From Macrostomum hystrix (taxonomy: Eukaryota > Animalia > Platyhelminthes), in the NCBI GenBank assembly GCA_950097015.1, contig CATNEN010000034.1, forward strand, positions 496,001 to 560,000: a stretch of 64,000 bases of DNA, read 5' to 3'. The notes under the pieces are model-generated. The model was not told the origin of the DNA, searched no databases, and saw only the letters and a list, made by a program, of their open reading frames with translations. How positions within the stretch are numbered: position 1 is the first letter of the stretch; each line of letters begins with the position of its first letter. A program made the translations under genes and the position numbers. Below, piece by piece: positions 38,201 to 49,950 of this stretch.

Positions 38201-39851
38201 GTAACGCATAGAAAGCTATTAAAAGAAAACTAGTTTCTTGAAAAGTATGTACTCTTTCTATTAGTTTCGCTCAAAGCTACAATTTTTACGTACAGTACCA
38301 ATTATGTCAATTATACATTCGCTTTCTCTAAATTTCACATTTCTAATTACCATAACCAAAAACATCAAACCAAGGGGTCGGCAGCCAAGGCTCTTGGGGG
38401 GAATGAGAGCGAATCCAAAAGACGACGAGAGAGACGAGGAAGGTGAAATGGGAGAATAGGAAGAGAAAGGGATGCTCAAATTGGCATCGGACCAAAGAAA
38501 ATCCGATCAGCTCAAATTCCATTTGCCAATGAATGTTTTATAAAATCTATAAAACAATAGAAATTACTATTAAAGCTAAAAAAATTACATTTATTTTTAG
38601 TGTATTTGTACAATTTTATTTTATCCTAAATTTTAAATAAGGAGACATAATACAGTATTGAGAAATGACACAAGAGAGACGAAACTGGTATTGACGAGAC
38701 AAGGGATTATAAATGAAACAGATAAACTTATATCAATAAACAATAATATTAACAACAATATAGATAAACAATAAACACGTAAGTGCTTTATAACAAATGT
38801 TAACTTATAAATGGGGTTTCATTTAAGTTTAAATTGGTTGTTGAATTAAACACCACTTTTTAAAGTGGATCGAGTTCGTCGAAAATGCGGTTGCACAATT
38901 GTGTGAATTTTAAAATGCTCAAGAGTTCATGACAGCTTACAACTACAATACAGTAGTCTAAAAGACGTTAATTATGTTTCTTTAAATTTTCATCATTATC
39001 AATTATTTATCAATAAGTTATAATTTACTAAAAATTTGTAAATATCAATTATAACCACGTGTATGTCCTATGAATCAAGTATCATGTATTGTAATGCAAA
39101 CCACTGAATTAATTATATATAGTATATATTCAATGTTAATGAATTTAAATGTATATATAACATAACTATAACTGTATGTACATATCAATCAAATTACTAT
39201 TAAAATTTGATTTTGTCATATTCAAGCAACATTTACATTTTTAGTATAGTGGATTATAGTGTTTGTACACTTATATAAAATCTAAAGGCACAAATGTGTT
39301 TTTGTTTGTTTATTTTTTTGCTAAGCCACAAAATATGTTAGTTAAATTAAAAAAACTACACATTTTTGTTGCTAACCCTATTTCCTGAATTCTGGGTCCC
39401 ATATAATGAAGTGTGGGCGAGTCTGGGTAATACAAAAGAAGCTTATTTTCTGTATATCATACAATAGAGGCAATCTACCAAGTTCTGACTGGGCCCCATG
39501 GTTGTCTGTATTATTGTATATTATTTGATATATATATAGGCCTAATATGATTTTTCTGTATATTCATAGTAGAGTACTAGAGTTGGCTTCATATAAGGGC
39601 ACAAAAATTCTGTTTTTATATGTTATTTTATCTAAAATCCTTAGATTTACATATTCTGTAATTCTGTACAAAAGTATTTGTATATTGGTGATATTGTGAA
39701 TACTGCCTCATATTGGCATCTTTAACTATTGTACATTATACACATTTTATTTTATATTAAGAACAGAATTGTTCTGGCAATGTTGCAGTTTGTTTCCCAT
39801 AATTATTGATACTTTTGAATAGATGCCAACATTTCACAAAGTCATGAACAA

Positions 39852-42800
39852 CAGGCGCCATGGAACATTTTTTTGTCAGGGGGGGCAGGGCAGGAGTTCA
39901 TAAAACTCAGACCTGGTGCCCCGGTCTTAGGCACTGACCAAAAATATGAGCAAAAATATTTAATAGAAACTACTGTTTTTCCCATGAATGCTATTACTAC
40001 TGTATAGCAGATGGGCAGCAAAGCAAACACTATATAGGTAACATAATAGGTAGTTGCTCATTGCTCATGCCTCATTGCAATTTAGTTTATTTACTTGAAT
40101 GGTTGTAGATATCATATGATGTTATAAAGCCATAGGAAGCAATGAACAACATCCAAAAGTTACATGAAATGACTACATCAAATGGGCTACCCTACACCAG
40201 AGAAAAGAGGAGAGCAGTCAATCATTACGACTCCCTTTTTATTCAAATGATCTTCTAAAACAAGCAAAAATAAATTGTCACAGATTTTCAGGCACTTTCC
40301 ATTATCTTTTCTCTGTTTTACATTTACAAATTACATGTGCATTTACATTAACTATAACTAGTCAACTCGATAGGAAAGGAACTTCTTAACAATAAAAATT
40401 TATTAAAGTATTAGCATGCCAACAATATATTCAAACATATTTCATTTCATATCGCTTTTTTGACACAAACAGTGCATTCAATTCGGTTGATAAACTGCAA
40501 CTGGCAACAAATGAGTGGAGCGACTCATGTGTTTATTATTGCTTTTGCGCTTGTACTCCAAAGACGGCACGGCGCTCAGGTGTACGATCAGCGAAGGTCT
40601 GAGACGAGGAAAGAGCCAGAAAATCCAGTCCCTTTACAACATCTATATGCATGTGACCTACAGATAGATCTGAGAGTCGATGCTGTGTCATCGTTGAACG
40701 CATCCAAGTCTTGATTCTACGAAGAGCGCTAAATGTCCTCTCAACTGCTGCTACTGAGTAAGGCAGAGTCAAGATAAGCTTGAGAAGCTTCACTGATTGA
40801 GGAACAAACTCCAAGGCCGATGGGCTCGCAGTTCGAAAAATAGAAACGACATCGCTGAAGCTCTTGACCTGCTGTTGTCCTGTCTGCCATACAGCAATTG
40901 GAAGTAGTGAACGAAGCTCAGAATGAAGGTCATCAAGACAAAAGTCTTCTGAGTATACTTGCAAATTGTTTGCATCGGCCAGAGTTTCTCCATTAGGATC
41001 AGGATAATTGCCTTTTGCTGCTTGCAGAAGGAGGGTCTCCATCTGCCTTGCAATCCTGATTCCAGGCTGGTTGAACCTAAATCCAAATATTTGGTTGAAT
41101 AGTTACAATTTACGAAAATTAGTTACAGATTTTGCAGATCTCATAAGCAACAGCAACATCTGAGTAGTATAGTATTGCAAGTACATTTGTAGGCCTACAT
41201 TTGATTCCAATGGTTCGTACTCTATCCATTTCAGAAAGTCTCTATAAACAGAATAAGATCAACTTCTGTCATGCAACAAACTATATACTCATAAATTAAA
41301 AATTTAAGCAACTTTAACTCACCGATCATTGATGCATTGTAGTAGCCTGTCAGCAGCGGCAAAGAATTCCACTCGAAGTGCCTCGTTTGGTGAAAAGTTG
41401 TGCTGCGTTTGTCGATTGCTATCTAGCCTAGTGGACAAATTTCTGGGCCTACTAGTAGTGCTCGGCATGATTCCCTTCTGTTCGGCATCTTGCTGGAATT
41501 CATTCCAGAAAGCATTATAGGTCTCATCTTCGCGCATAGCAGCCACTAGAGCAGTCAAAGTATCGAGACCAGTTGTTATGTTCATTGCTGCAGAGTTGGA
41601 ACCTTGCAGTATTGTCGCAAACTTTTCCGCTCCTGTGAAGAGAGCAATGGAAGCGTGAACGCCAAAGAAGATTCTATGCTTCTGCATGTCTTTGAGCAGG
41701 CCTCTTGCTTTGGCCCGGACATCCGGCGTGAATGATTTGTCTTCCACTATAGACTCAATAGAGTGCTTGAGCACTTGCCAGTTTTGCAACCAGCACTTAA
41801 GTGCACGCACTCGCACTGTCCACCGAGTAGGGCAAAGTGATTGAATTTTTGAGAAGCTGCTGCTTTCACTTGAATCAGATGAGTCCTCATATTCGACTTG
41901 CAGCGCTGCCTTAACGTCAGAATAAATCTTAAGTCTTTTTCCTGACTCGCGAATGAAGTTGGCCATGCACTTAACATGCTCTAAAGCATCATAGATCACT
42001 CGTTCCTCCTTGCAGGCCTCTTGAATGCACAGATCTAGGGCATGGTTGATGCAATGATAATAGAGTGCACTTGGATGCTTTTCCTGCAAAATAGCTCGTG
42101 CACCTTTACTCATGTTGCTGGCTCCATCAAACCCACATCCACGACAATTTGCTAGGTTGATTTGCAGACGAATGCAGACATCCATAAGTGCATTGGCCAT
42201 TGTAGAACCTTTTTAATCAGGTAGGCAGTAGAACCCAACAAACGTGTCATGAACAGTGAAGCTATCATCAACAGCACGAAAAACGATGCTTAGCTGTTTA
42301 GAGCCACCAATATTCTGGGTGGAATCAGCGAGAAGAGAAAAAACTTGCGCTTTGAATTCCATTCGTCACTAGCTTCATAACAGCATTTGCAATAACAGAG
42401 ATTATCTCATTCTGTACATCGTGTGATAGCCAATTGTCCAGACGAATAAGCCAACTTTTCAATGCGGGTATTTCCTTTGATCGCAAGTGTAGAAGTTCAA
42501 TGTAATTTCCATTGCTGGACTCATGGCCTTGAAATGCTAGACCCTGTGAAAGCAGAAAGCCAGCAGTGTCAAACATTGCCTGCAATGCCACAAAGTTTTG
42601 CTCTAGCTGAACTTGGTGGTATGTCTGAAGCTGCTCACAAATTGATGCATCTCTCTGACCCAAGAGTAGCCTCGCAGACTGTCGGTGTTGTTCACTTCTT
42701 TCATGCAATGAAAACTTTTCTGGCTTTTTCCAGTTTGAGAAGCCATCAATAAAAGCCATCTCGACTTTCGTACCTGGCAGAAACAAGCCTCGCTTGTAAG

Positions 42801-44008
42801 CAGTCAGACAAGAAAAGCATTGCACACAATCGTTCGATGTGCATCCAGGGGTGCTTTTCCAACCAGGATGATTGAAAGCTTCTTGATGAACCAGTCATGG
42901 TTTTAGTTGAAAAAACAAATTGCTTTGGCTGAAAAGGCTGTTCAGGCAGAGATGTACAGCTGCCTTTTGCACCCATCTGTTGCAGTTGCGTGAGTGTCAC
43001 TGTCAGTGACATTAGATTTGTTACTCACAGACGGTGTCGGTGTCATATCTTGAAGCATTGTTGGAAGTGGCTCAGAAGGCTTACTGATTGGCTGCTGATT
43101 TGCTGTAGACTCGGCATTTTCAGCTACTGATGTCAAATCATTGTCATTGACTGGACCAGTGGCAGTCCCTGCAGACTCTGCAGTCCCAGTCCCAGAAACA
43201 CATGTAGACACATCATTGGCAGTAGCAGATGTAGAGCTAGTAGTACATTGCAAAAAACAGAGCCTGGTCTGCTTGAATCGCTTGCTTGATGGTGGATTGC
43301 TCATTAGTAGAATCAATCAACACAGTCATCCACATAAGGCGTTCAGCTTGGCTTGCTATAGTTGCTCTAATTAAATGTAAGTAACGTTTAAGAATTCAAA
43401 ATTGAATTGGATGTGGGACTGGGAGTGAGAGGCCTAAGCCCAATTGCTAGTAAAGTAAGTAATCTAAAATAACAGTCAATATACCTTTTTTTAAATGTAC
43501 ATAGATTCAGAAATCTGCCCCCACTTCCCCTTTCAACCCCATGGCCACAACCCTTACGGTCTTACCCCACACCCCCTAAAGCAGTTTTCATTATCTAAAT
43601 TCCTAGCCATTCAGCCCAGGCCAGAGGGAGGGAGGTAGCCATGGGCGTCTGGCCCTTGTACAGTTTGAGTTAAGGGTGTGAAGTTTAGGCTTGTTTTGAG
43701 GAGGACCCCTTGTGGCCCTGCCCTGTCCTCTGTTGGTGTTAGAATGGAGGGTTGGAATAGATAGTGCCATGTTATTATTCGTGTCGCGTGCCTGCCTGCT
43801 ATTTGTTTGTTTGTTAGTCCACAATCGCTGTAATAAGCAAAAATTGACTTATTTGAACCATTTATAATGCAACAAAATTAAAGAAAAATTACGCTGCTGA
43901 ATGATATTTGGGGGGGGCAATGCCCCCCAACTTGATGTCACAGGTGTGAGATGTCACAGTGAGGTGATGGCAGCTGCCCCCCTGCCCCCCCCTGTTCCGC
44001 GGCGCCTG
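39852..44008 (-). mobile_element. Full-length hAT DNA transposon (4157 bp)
   Basis: 16-bp TIRs CAGGCGCC(AT/GC)GGAACA; perfect 8-bp TSD ATGAACAA at 39844-39851 and 44009-44016; transposase inside. Confidence 0.95.
40536..43304 (-). pseudogene. Disrupted ZMYM1-like hAT transposase with one intron (41322-41077)
   Basis: TTF-type zinc finger (FQSSWLEKHPW), DUF4371-like region (GLAFQGH, NEII), FDGASNM, CxxH (CINHALDL), LCPTRW and hAT dimerisation domain (ERTFSALRRIKTWMRSTM); at least three frameshifts and a stop. Confidence 0.92.
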
Positions 44009-44059
44009 ATGAACAATTAAACAAGTGAACATTAACAGGACTTTACCATTGCTCCTTAG

Positions 44060-44920
44060 TCACTGAATCCTCAAAAGTTGCTCAAAACAAGTCTTAGAAT
44101 TCAAATCCTCACAGGGGATAGTAATGGGCAATCCAATATACCGGCATAGGCATAGCACTGCGACAAAGATGTTGGTAGGGTACATGCGACGCCAGAAGAA
44201 CTCTTTGAGATGACTTTCAAAGAGAGCATTGGATGTGCTATGCATTGATCTGAATTTGTGCTTATTATGTGCCCACGTACCTTCAATTGTGTTTGTATGA
44301 ACCGTAGCATTCTGAGGGTTGACAAAGTGCAGATGGTGCTTGACAAAGGCATGGTTCTGGAGCCCAGCATATGCCAGCCAGCCATCCTTGAAGATCCGAC
44401 TTCCAGGCAGAACGTGGTGCTGAATTATAGGAACCATTGTCTGGGCAGTCCTGTCTGGTACAACTACCATCATGCACTTGCTCATGTGGCATTCAACCAT
44501 GCCTAACACCCAATGCCCTTTGCGCCACACACCTTGGTGGTACTTTTTGTGCATAAATTTTGTCTTGTCAATCTCGACTTTGTGCCCAGGTCCACCTAAC
44601 TCCACTGGATGATCAAGGAGAAACTGCTGGCAGATGTCATGCAGAAATTGGTGCCAGTCAACCACCGAGTGCTCACTCATACCAAGCTGCTGGATCTGGT
44701 CCCATGTCTTCATCTCCAACTTCCACATGTATGTGAGCTCCACAATCTTGCTAAGAGCAAGGTGGGACCCGTCAAAAAAGGACCCGCGGCGGATGGAGTA
44801 CTGGTTTCGGCAGTTGCGGCAATTCCACAGCCATCGATGTACTTGTCACCAGCTCTTGACTGCAGTCGCATGTCTGTGCCGACATTGCGAATTGTTTTAA
44901 TATTCTTTCTGTTTTGCTGC
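44060..44920 (-). pseudogene. Decayed Merlin (IS1016/ISXO2-like) DDE transposase
   Basis: WNCRNC..SIRRGSFF N-terminal motif, then GGPGHKVEID, DRTAQT, DGWLAY and HTNTIEGTW; frameshift near 44810; TIRs not found. Confidence 0.85.
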
Positions 44921-45118
44921 AATTTCTCTTTTGCTGCATTAATATTTTTAGTAATCAGTTGAATATTATTATTTTTATAGCCCTTGGTTTCTTGATTTGG
45001 GCAGAGAAACATTAGAACTATTACTATACTATTCCTTAGTAATAGTTCTATTACTATTGTAAGCAATAGTACAAATGCTTGCAAATCAAAGTATATGATT
45101 TGCTGGCAATGTTAAATA

Positions 45119-48100
45119 GGGTCCTAGTCATTTCGTCAACTCGAGTTTTACATTGGTCGTTTCGTCAACTGGTTAATAAGGCGGTCTCACAACTTGGTCA
45201 CTTCGTCAACTGGCCAATAAGACGCTCTCCAACCTTGGTCACTTCGTCAACTGTCGAATGGGGACGTCTACAGTCTTGGTCACTTCGTCAACTGCCAATG
45301 CCAATTGCTAATTATTCCAATAACTTCTCCGAGCTCCCGACTTCAATGCGCTTTCGTTATCTTAACAAAAATGATCTTAACAACGATATCTTAGAAAATT
45401 ATCGCAGCGCGACAGAAGAACCCCTGGCAGGCTGTCCAAATTCAATTCATGTGAAGTATATTTCGCATTGGCTTAGGGAAAATATTGAACAGAATAATAT
45501 TATTGACATGCATGGTGGCAAGGCGCATACTGCAGAGAATGGGAGCAGAGAGTCATGCAGCACGATGCAAATAGGTAGGTACTAGTTAAACAGTAATTAT
45601 TACAGGCATTACAGATAACAAGGTGTTGGTGCAAGTAATATCCGCCCATGAAAGTCTTTCTTGTCTGTTCCGCACTCACTGCTGCTGCTGTTGTTGCTGC
45701 GCCCTGTGCGCGAACTGCGGGACGTGGCCGAGGCGGGTGCAGCTGCGCAGGAATGCTCGAATCGAGAGCGCTCTGCGGCGGTACTGCTCCCAGTAGCCCT
45801 CGACTTTCACTTGTAGCTGCTCGTACCGCGCCCGGTGCTGTCGCTCTTGCACTCCTTGCTGCACCAGTGCGGCCTGCAGTGGCACTAGGAGCGCCTCCTT
45901 GTGGAGCAGGTGAATGAGAGGGTTCAGGGTGAGCTGAACCCTCTGGGCCCGCTGCTTCAGTCACCGATGCCAGCCCTCCACCTCGTTGTTAGTGCGGATG
46001 GACTGGCCGTAGACGCTGATTTCCTCGGCGCTTTGCACCGGGTTCGTCAACCACGTGCTACTGACGTATTCGGCCAGGTCCAGCGGCAGCGGCGCTTGTA
46101 CACCAGCAACGACTTGTGCCAAGCCGTCGCCCATGTGCTCGGCAGGCAGGTACGGCAGGGCCATCAGCATCCGGATGAAGTTCTTTGTCCCAGGGTCCAT
46201 CATGTAGGCCTGCTGCAGACCCAAATGCTGAACGCGACGGAAGATGGCCTGTGCGTAATGGAACAGGCAGCCTTGGAGCTTCGCCGCTGGGAACACGATT
46301 CCTAGGGCCTGCCATGCAGCAGCCTCGAATTCCATGATGCAGACTTCGGGTGCTGCATTGCCGATTGCCTCCCGCAGCGAGCTGAACACTGCAGTGTAGT
46401 CACCGACTGCCTTTCCTGAAATTATCGCAAATGCCAGCGGGACTTGCTCGATCATCGTCCCTTGTCGGATGTAGCAGTGCACACTGTACAGCTGCTTGAA
46501 CGGTGCATGGACGACATCGAATGTGCCGTCCAGGAACCATAATCGTCGGGAGGCCAGCAGCTCGACTTGACCCGTTAACAGTAGCAGTAAATGGCGCTTG
46601 CCAGTTCCGTGAACTCGGATGTCGGACCTGACGAAATCGGGAGGGATACGATCTGCGGCCAGGTCGAACTGGAGTTCAGCGGGGGTTCTGGCCGCTCAGC
46701 CTCCCGGGCTCTGTTGGCTATCCGCACCAGCTGACGAATGGCGGGCACCTCCGGGCCGAAGGCAGCCGCACCGTGGTCCAACAGCTTGGTCTCGGCGGTT
46801 GCTGCTACTGACCGAAAGCAATGCCGCTTTGCTTCGTCCTTGACATCGGCAATGACGCGACGCTTGATCGACTCGCGAATGCGAGGCTCGCAGATGTGGA
46901 CAGCGAGGCCACTCCGAAAGCCCAGGTTATCCTCCACGGCAGACGCAGGGCACTTCAGTCTTAATTTCCGCTGCGTGCACCGCTAGTAGCGCCGGTTGTT
47001 CTTCTCGACAATGAGCCCAATGAATTCTTGATCCCCAACTCGATGAATCAGCAACGGCTTCTGCTTTGTCGTTGCAGCATCCAGGAGCTCGAACTCCTCC
47101 ACTTCATCGACTGCTGGCAGATCACGAGGTTCCGGACCCTCGAACGAAACTTCGGCTCTTCGATTGGCCCTGCAGGTTAGGATGGCAGGACGCAATGGTT
47201 ATGTTTTTTTGCGACATGTTTATAGCGGTTATACCATTATGATGCAAATACAGTAGAACATGATGATGCAACTATAGTATACCATTATGATGCAAATATA
47301 CCATTATCAAAGCCTATCAACGCCCATCAAAACCAAAGTATACCATATCAAGCACTTACCACCGTACAACTCCTCCAGAAGACCATGCTGAACTGCCTCT
47401 GCTGGCACGGCGACCGGAGCGGGTGCTGGCACGGGAGCTGGTGCTGGCAAAGCGATCGGAGCTGGTGCTGGCACGACGACCGCAGCTGGTTCAGGGACCT
47501 CGTCTGCAGGCTCCAGGCATGGGGCGCATGACCACTCATATGCGTCCATGCGCATTAAGCGTCTGTACTCCGCGATCGAAACTTTCGTACCGCAAACACG
47601 GTGCTGCCATCGCTCACACCGATCACATTGCAGTTTCTGCTGACGTGGTCGCACACGCTCGTTACACAGAATACAATTATATGCATTCTGCATTATTAGC
47701 AAAAGTTCGACATCTAATGAGCAAGAAATTTAGGCTTTTTGACTCTGGGCCGGGGCCTCCATTATATATAGAAAAAATGGCGCTTCGGGCCGTTGGGGTG
47801 ATGGACTTACAGACTTGTGAGACGATTGTACAATATTCTCCTTCTCCGAATGAACTGCATAATACGACTGAGCGTATCGAAATTCTGTTACTTCTCGCTT
47901 GGGTTCCGCTCAGCCAGCAATCGCACATTATGTTGGAATTAGCACTTTAGGGGGCGCGGGGGAGGGTCCGGGGACATTTTTTGACTCGTGTGATATTAGC
48001 ACCAGGGTGCGAACATGCCCGGGGATAGCAACCCCGGACTTTGATCTGGGCCATTTGACACGTCGGGAAGCATAATCAGATTTCAATCCCAGAGAATCAA

Positions 48101-48343
48101 TTGAGTGACTGCCATTCGAGAAGAGAGAGCAAGGGAGATTGAGAGAAAGAGGGAGAGAGATTGAGAGAGAGACGCCAGTAAGACGTCTCTTCGTCAACTT
48201 CGTTAACTGCCAGTGAGGGGGCCCAAACATGTTGGTCACTTCGTCAACCGCCAGTAAGACCGCCCACGCATTTTGACAAAAATACGAAGTGACCAACATG
48301 TTTGTGCCCCATCACTGGCTAGTTGACGAAGTGACCATCACCC
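45119..48343 (-). mobile_element. MULE/Mutator-like DNA transposon (3225 bp)
   Basis: Imperfect terminal repeats GGGT..T.GTCA.TTCGTCAACT; 8-bp TSD GTTAAATA at 45111-45118 and 48344-48351; subterminal GGTCACTTCGTCAAC repeats. Confidence 0.9.
45676..47693 (-). pseudogene. Disrupted PHD + FLYWCH-like + MULE transposase
   Basis: PHD C4HC3 exon 47693-47360; FLYWCH-like Y*RC...C...H; WFLDGTF, GCLFHYAQA and TNNEVEGWH motifs; second catalytic Asp reads Glu (MEFE); internal stops and frameshifts. Confidence 0.88.
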
Positions 48344-49556
48344 GTTAAATATGCTTTTGTGTAGGCTCATTCTTTTAATCTTGTCATGACTTTTAAACAT
48401 AAAATAGATAATTAAGTGTAACTGGGCTTAACAGTATATTTTTCTGTCCTGGTAGTTATTACTCAGGCCAATCTTATTCGTTCTTCCATTCTTAGTTCAG
48501 CATGTATTTCCTTATGCTTTTAGCTAGTGGCCCTGAAAAGGGCCGTTTTAACTCTTAATACTCCGCGATTCTTATCTTCCGTGGGTCTAACACTCTAATG
48601 GTAGCGACTTTTTATAGCACGAGCGGTCTCCTTCTAACGCTTTCCACCGATATCTCACTCTCAGTCCTCAGGGCTCTCTTGGACTGGAGGTTCATAGCCA
48701 CAATCTCGAACAGAGAAAATAACTAACATGTTTGAACACTTCTTTCAGAACCAATTTACAATTTCAGCACAACAGTATAACTGTATGATAGGCTTTTATG
48801 CCACACTGGCAATTTGATGTCTCACAGAAATTGCAATTGTTTGTATAAACTAAAGGTTTGTTAAGGTGAATGAATTTGACAGAATATTTATAATATTTTA
48901 CATATAACCTATATTAGACATTTAAACAAAGAGCGTAGGTACGAATTTGACTTTCAAAAAAGATTGATAAAAACATTCGTACTACATAAATGCATATTTT
49001 TACTAGCTTATTTAACAACAATAAATTTACATCCACTCTATAATAAACTTTATCAAACTAGCTTTATACGCAGTTGTAGACAACTAATGACTGATCTAGA
49101 CCATAAGGGAACACATTATTTTCAATTACAAATGCAGTATAATATTGTGTTATGTGTCAGCAACACTTCACAAGGGAAAAATATGCAAAGCATATCATAT
49201 TGCCAATAAAGAATGTCCAATCCTGTATAACTATGCAATTAATATATTATTTTTGTTAAAAATGGCTAACTAGGTTATTTTTCTAATTATTAAATTAACC
49301 TCTTGCAACAAAATGACTTTACCTTATAGCAATTATAGTACATAATGTTTGGCCAATTCTTTTCAATTAGAACCCTGGGCTATGAATAAAAAATGAATAA
49401 ATGTTGTACAAGTAATACAGCATGAATAAGTTCATTAGCATTCGGAAAACTCAATTATTATTATCAGATTTTTTAAACTCCACCTGAAATTAGGTGTTGG
49501 CATACCTATTGGGACATTTTAATGTGCATTAATAACTTATTTACCTATTCTTCCAG

Positions 49557-49803
49557 TCGACCTTCAAAAAGCCCAGCCCTGGCGTCGGCGGCGGCGGCCA
49601 GAAGAAGAAGACAGCCGGCATCAAGCTGGAGCTGTCCGAAGAGCAGAAGCAGGAGATTCGCGAGGCCTTCGACTTGTTCAACAATGACGGCTCTGGCACA
49701 ATCGACATCAAGGAGCTGAAGGTGGCCATGCGAGCGCTGGGTTTCGAGCCTAAGAAGGAAGAGATTAAAAAGCTCATCGCCGAGTACGACAAGGATGGCA
49801 CTG
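49557..49803 (+). CDS. CETN2: Centrin (centrin-1/2 type), first visible coding exon; no ATG in it
   Basis: TTCCAG| then STFKK...[17 protein letters not shown]...[24 protein letters not shown]; donor G|GTGAGC phase 1. Confidence 0.95.
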
Positions 49804-49950
49804 GTGAGCAGCCAATGAGTCTGATCTCAAATTTCAGGATCAAATATTTTTTGTCATCGAAGATCAGATTTAATCAGATTGTTCCATCTCTTCTTCAAAT
49901 AATTATCGGGTTGTTCTACCGTTCCTATTGGGGTAAGTGGCAGAGTGGCA

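Noticed and set aside
38540-39840. Very AT-rich stretch as a foreign or organellar insertion
   Set aside because: No coding or RNA-gene similarity is visible; it is compatible with intergenic or transposon-internal DNA.
48523-48544. GGCCCTGAAAAGGGCC hairpin next to CTAG, as a Helitron 3' end
   Set aside because: The hairpin-to-CTAG spacing is only 1 nt, and no 5' TC end or second copy is identifiable.
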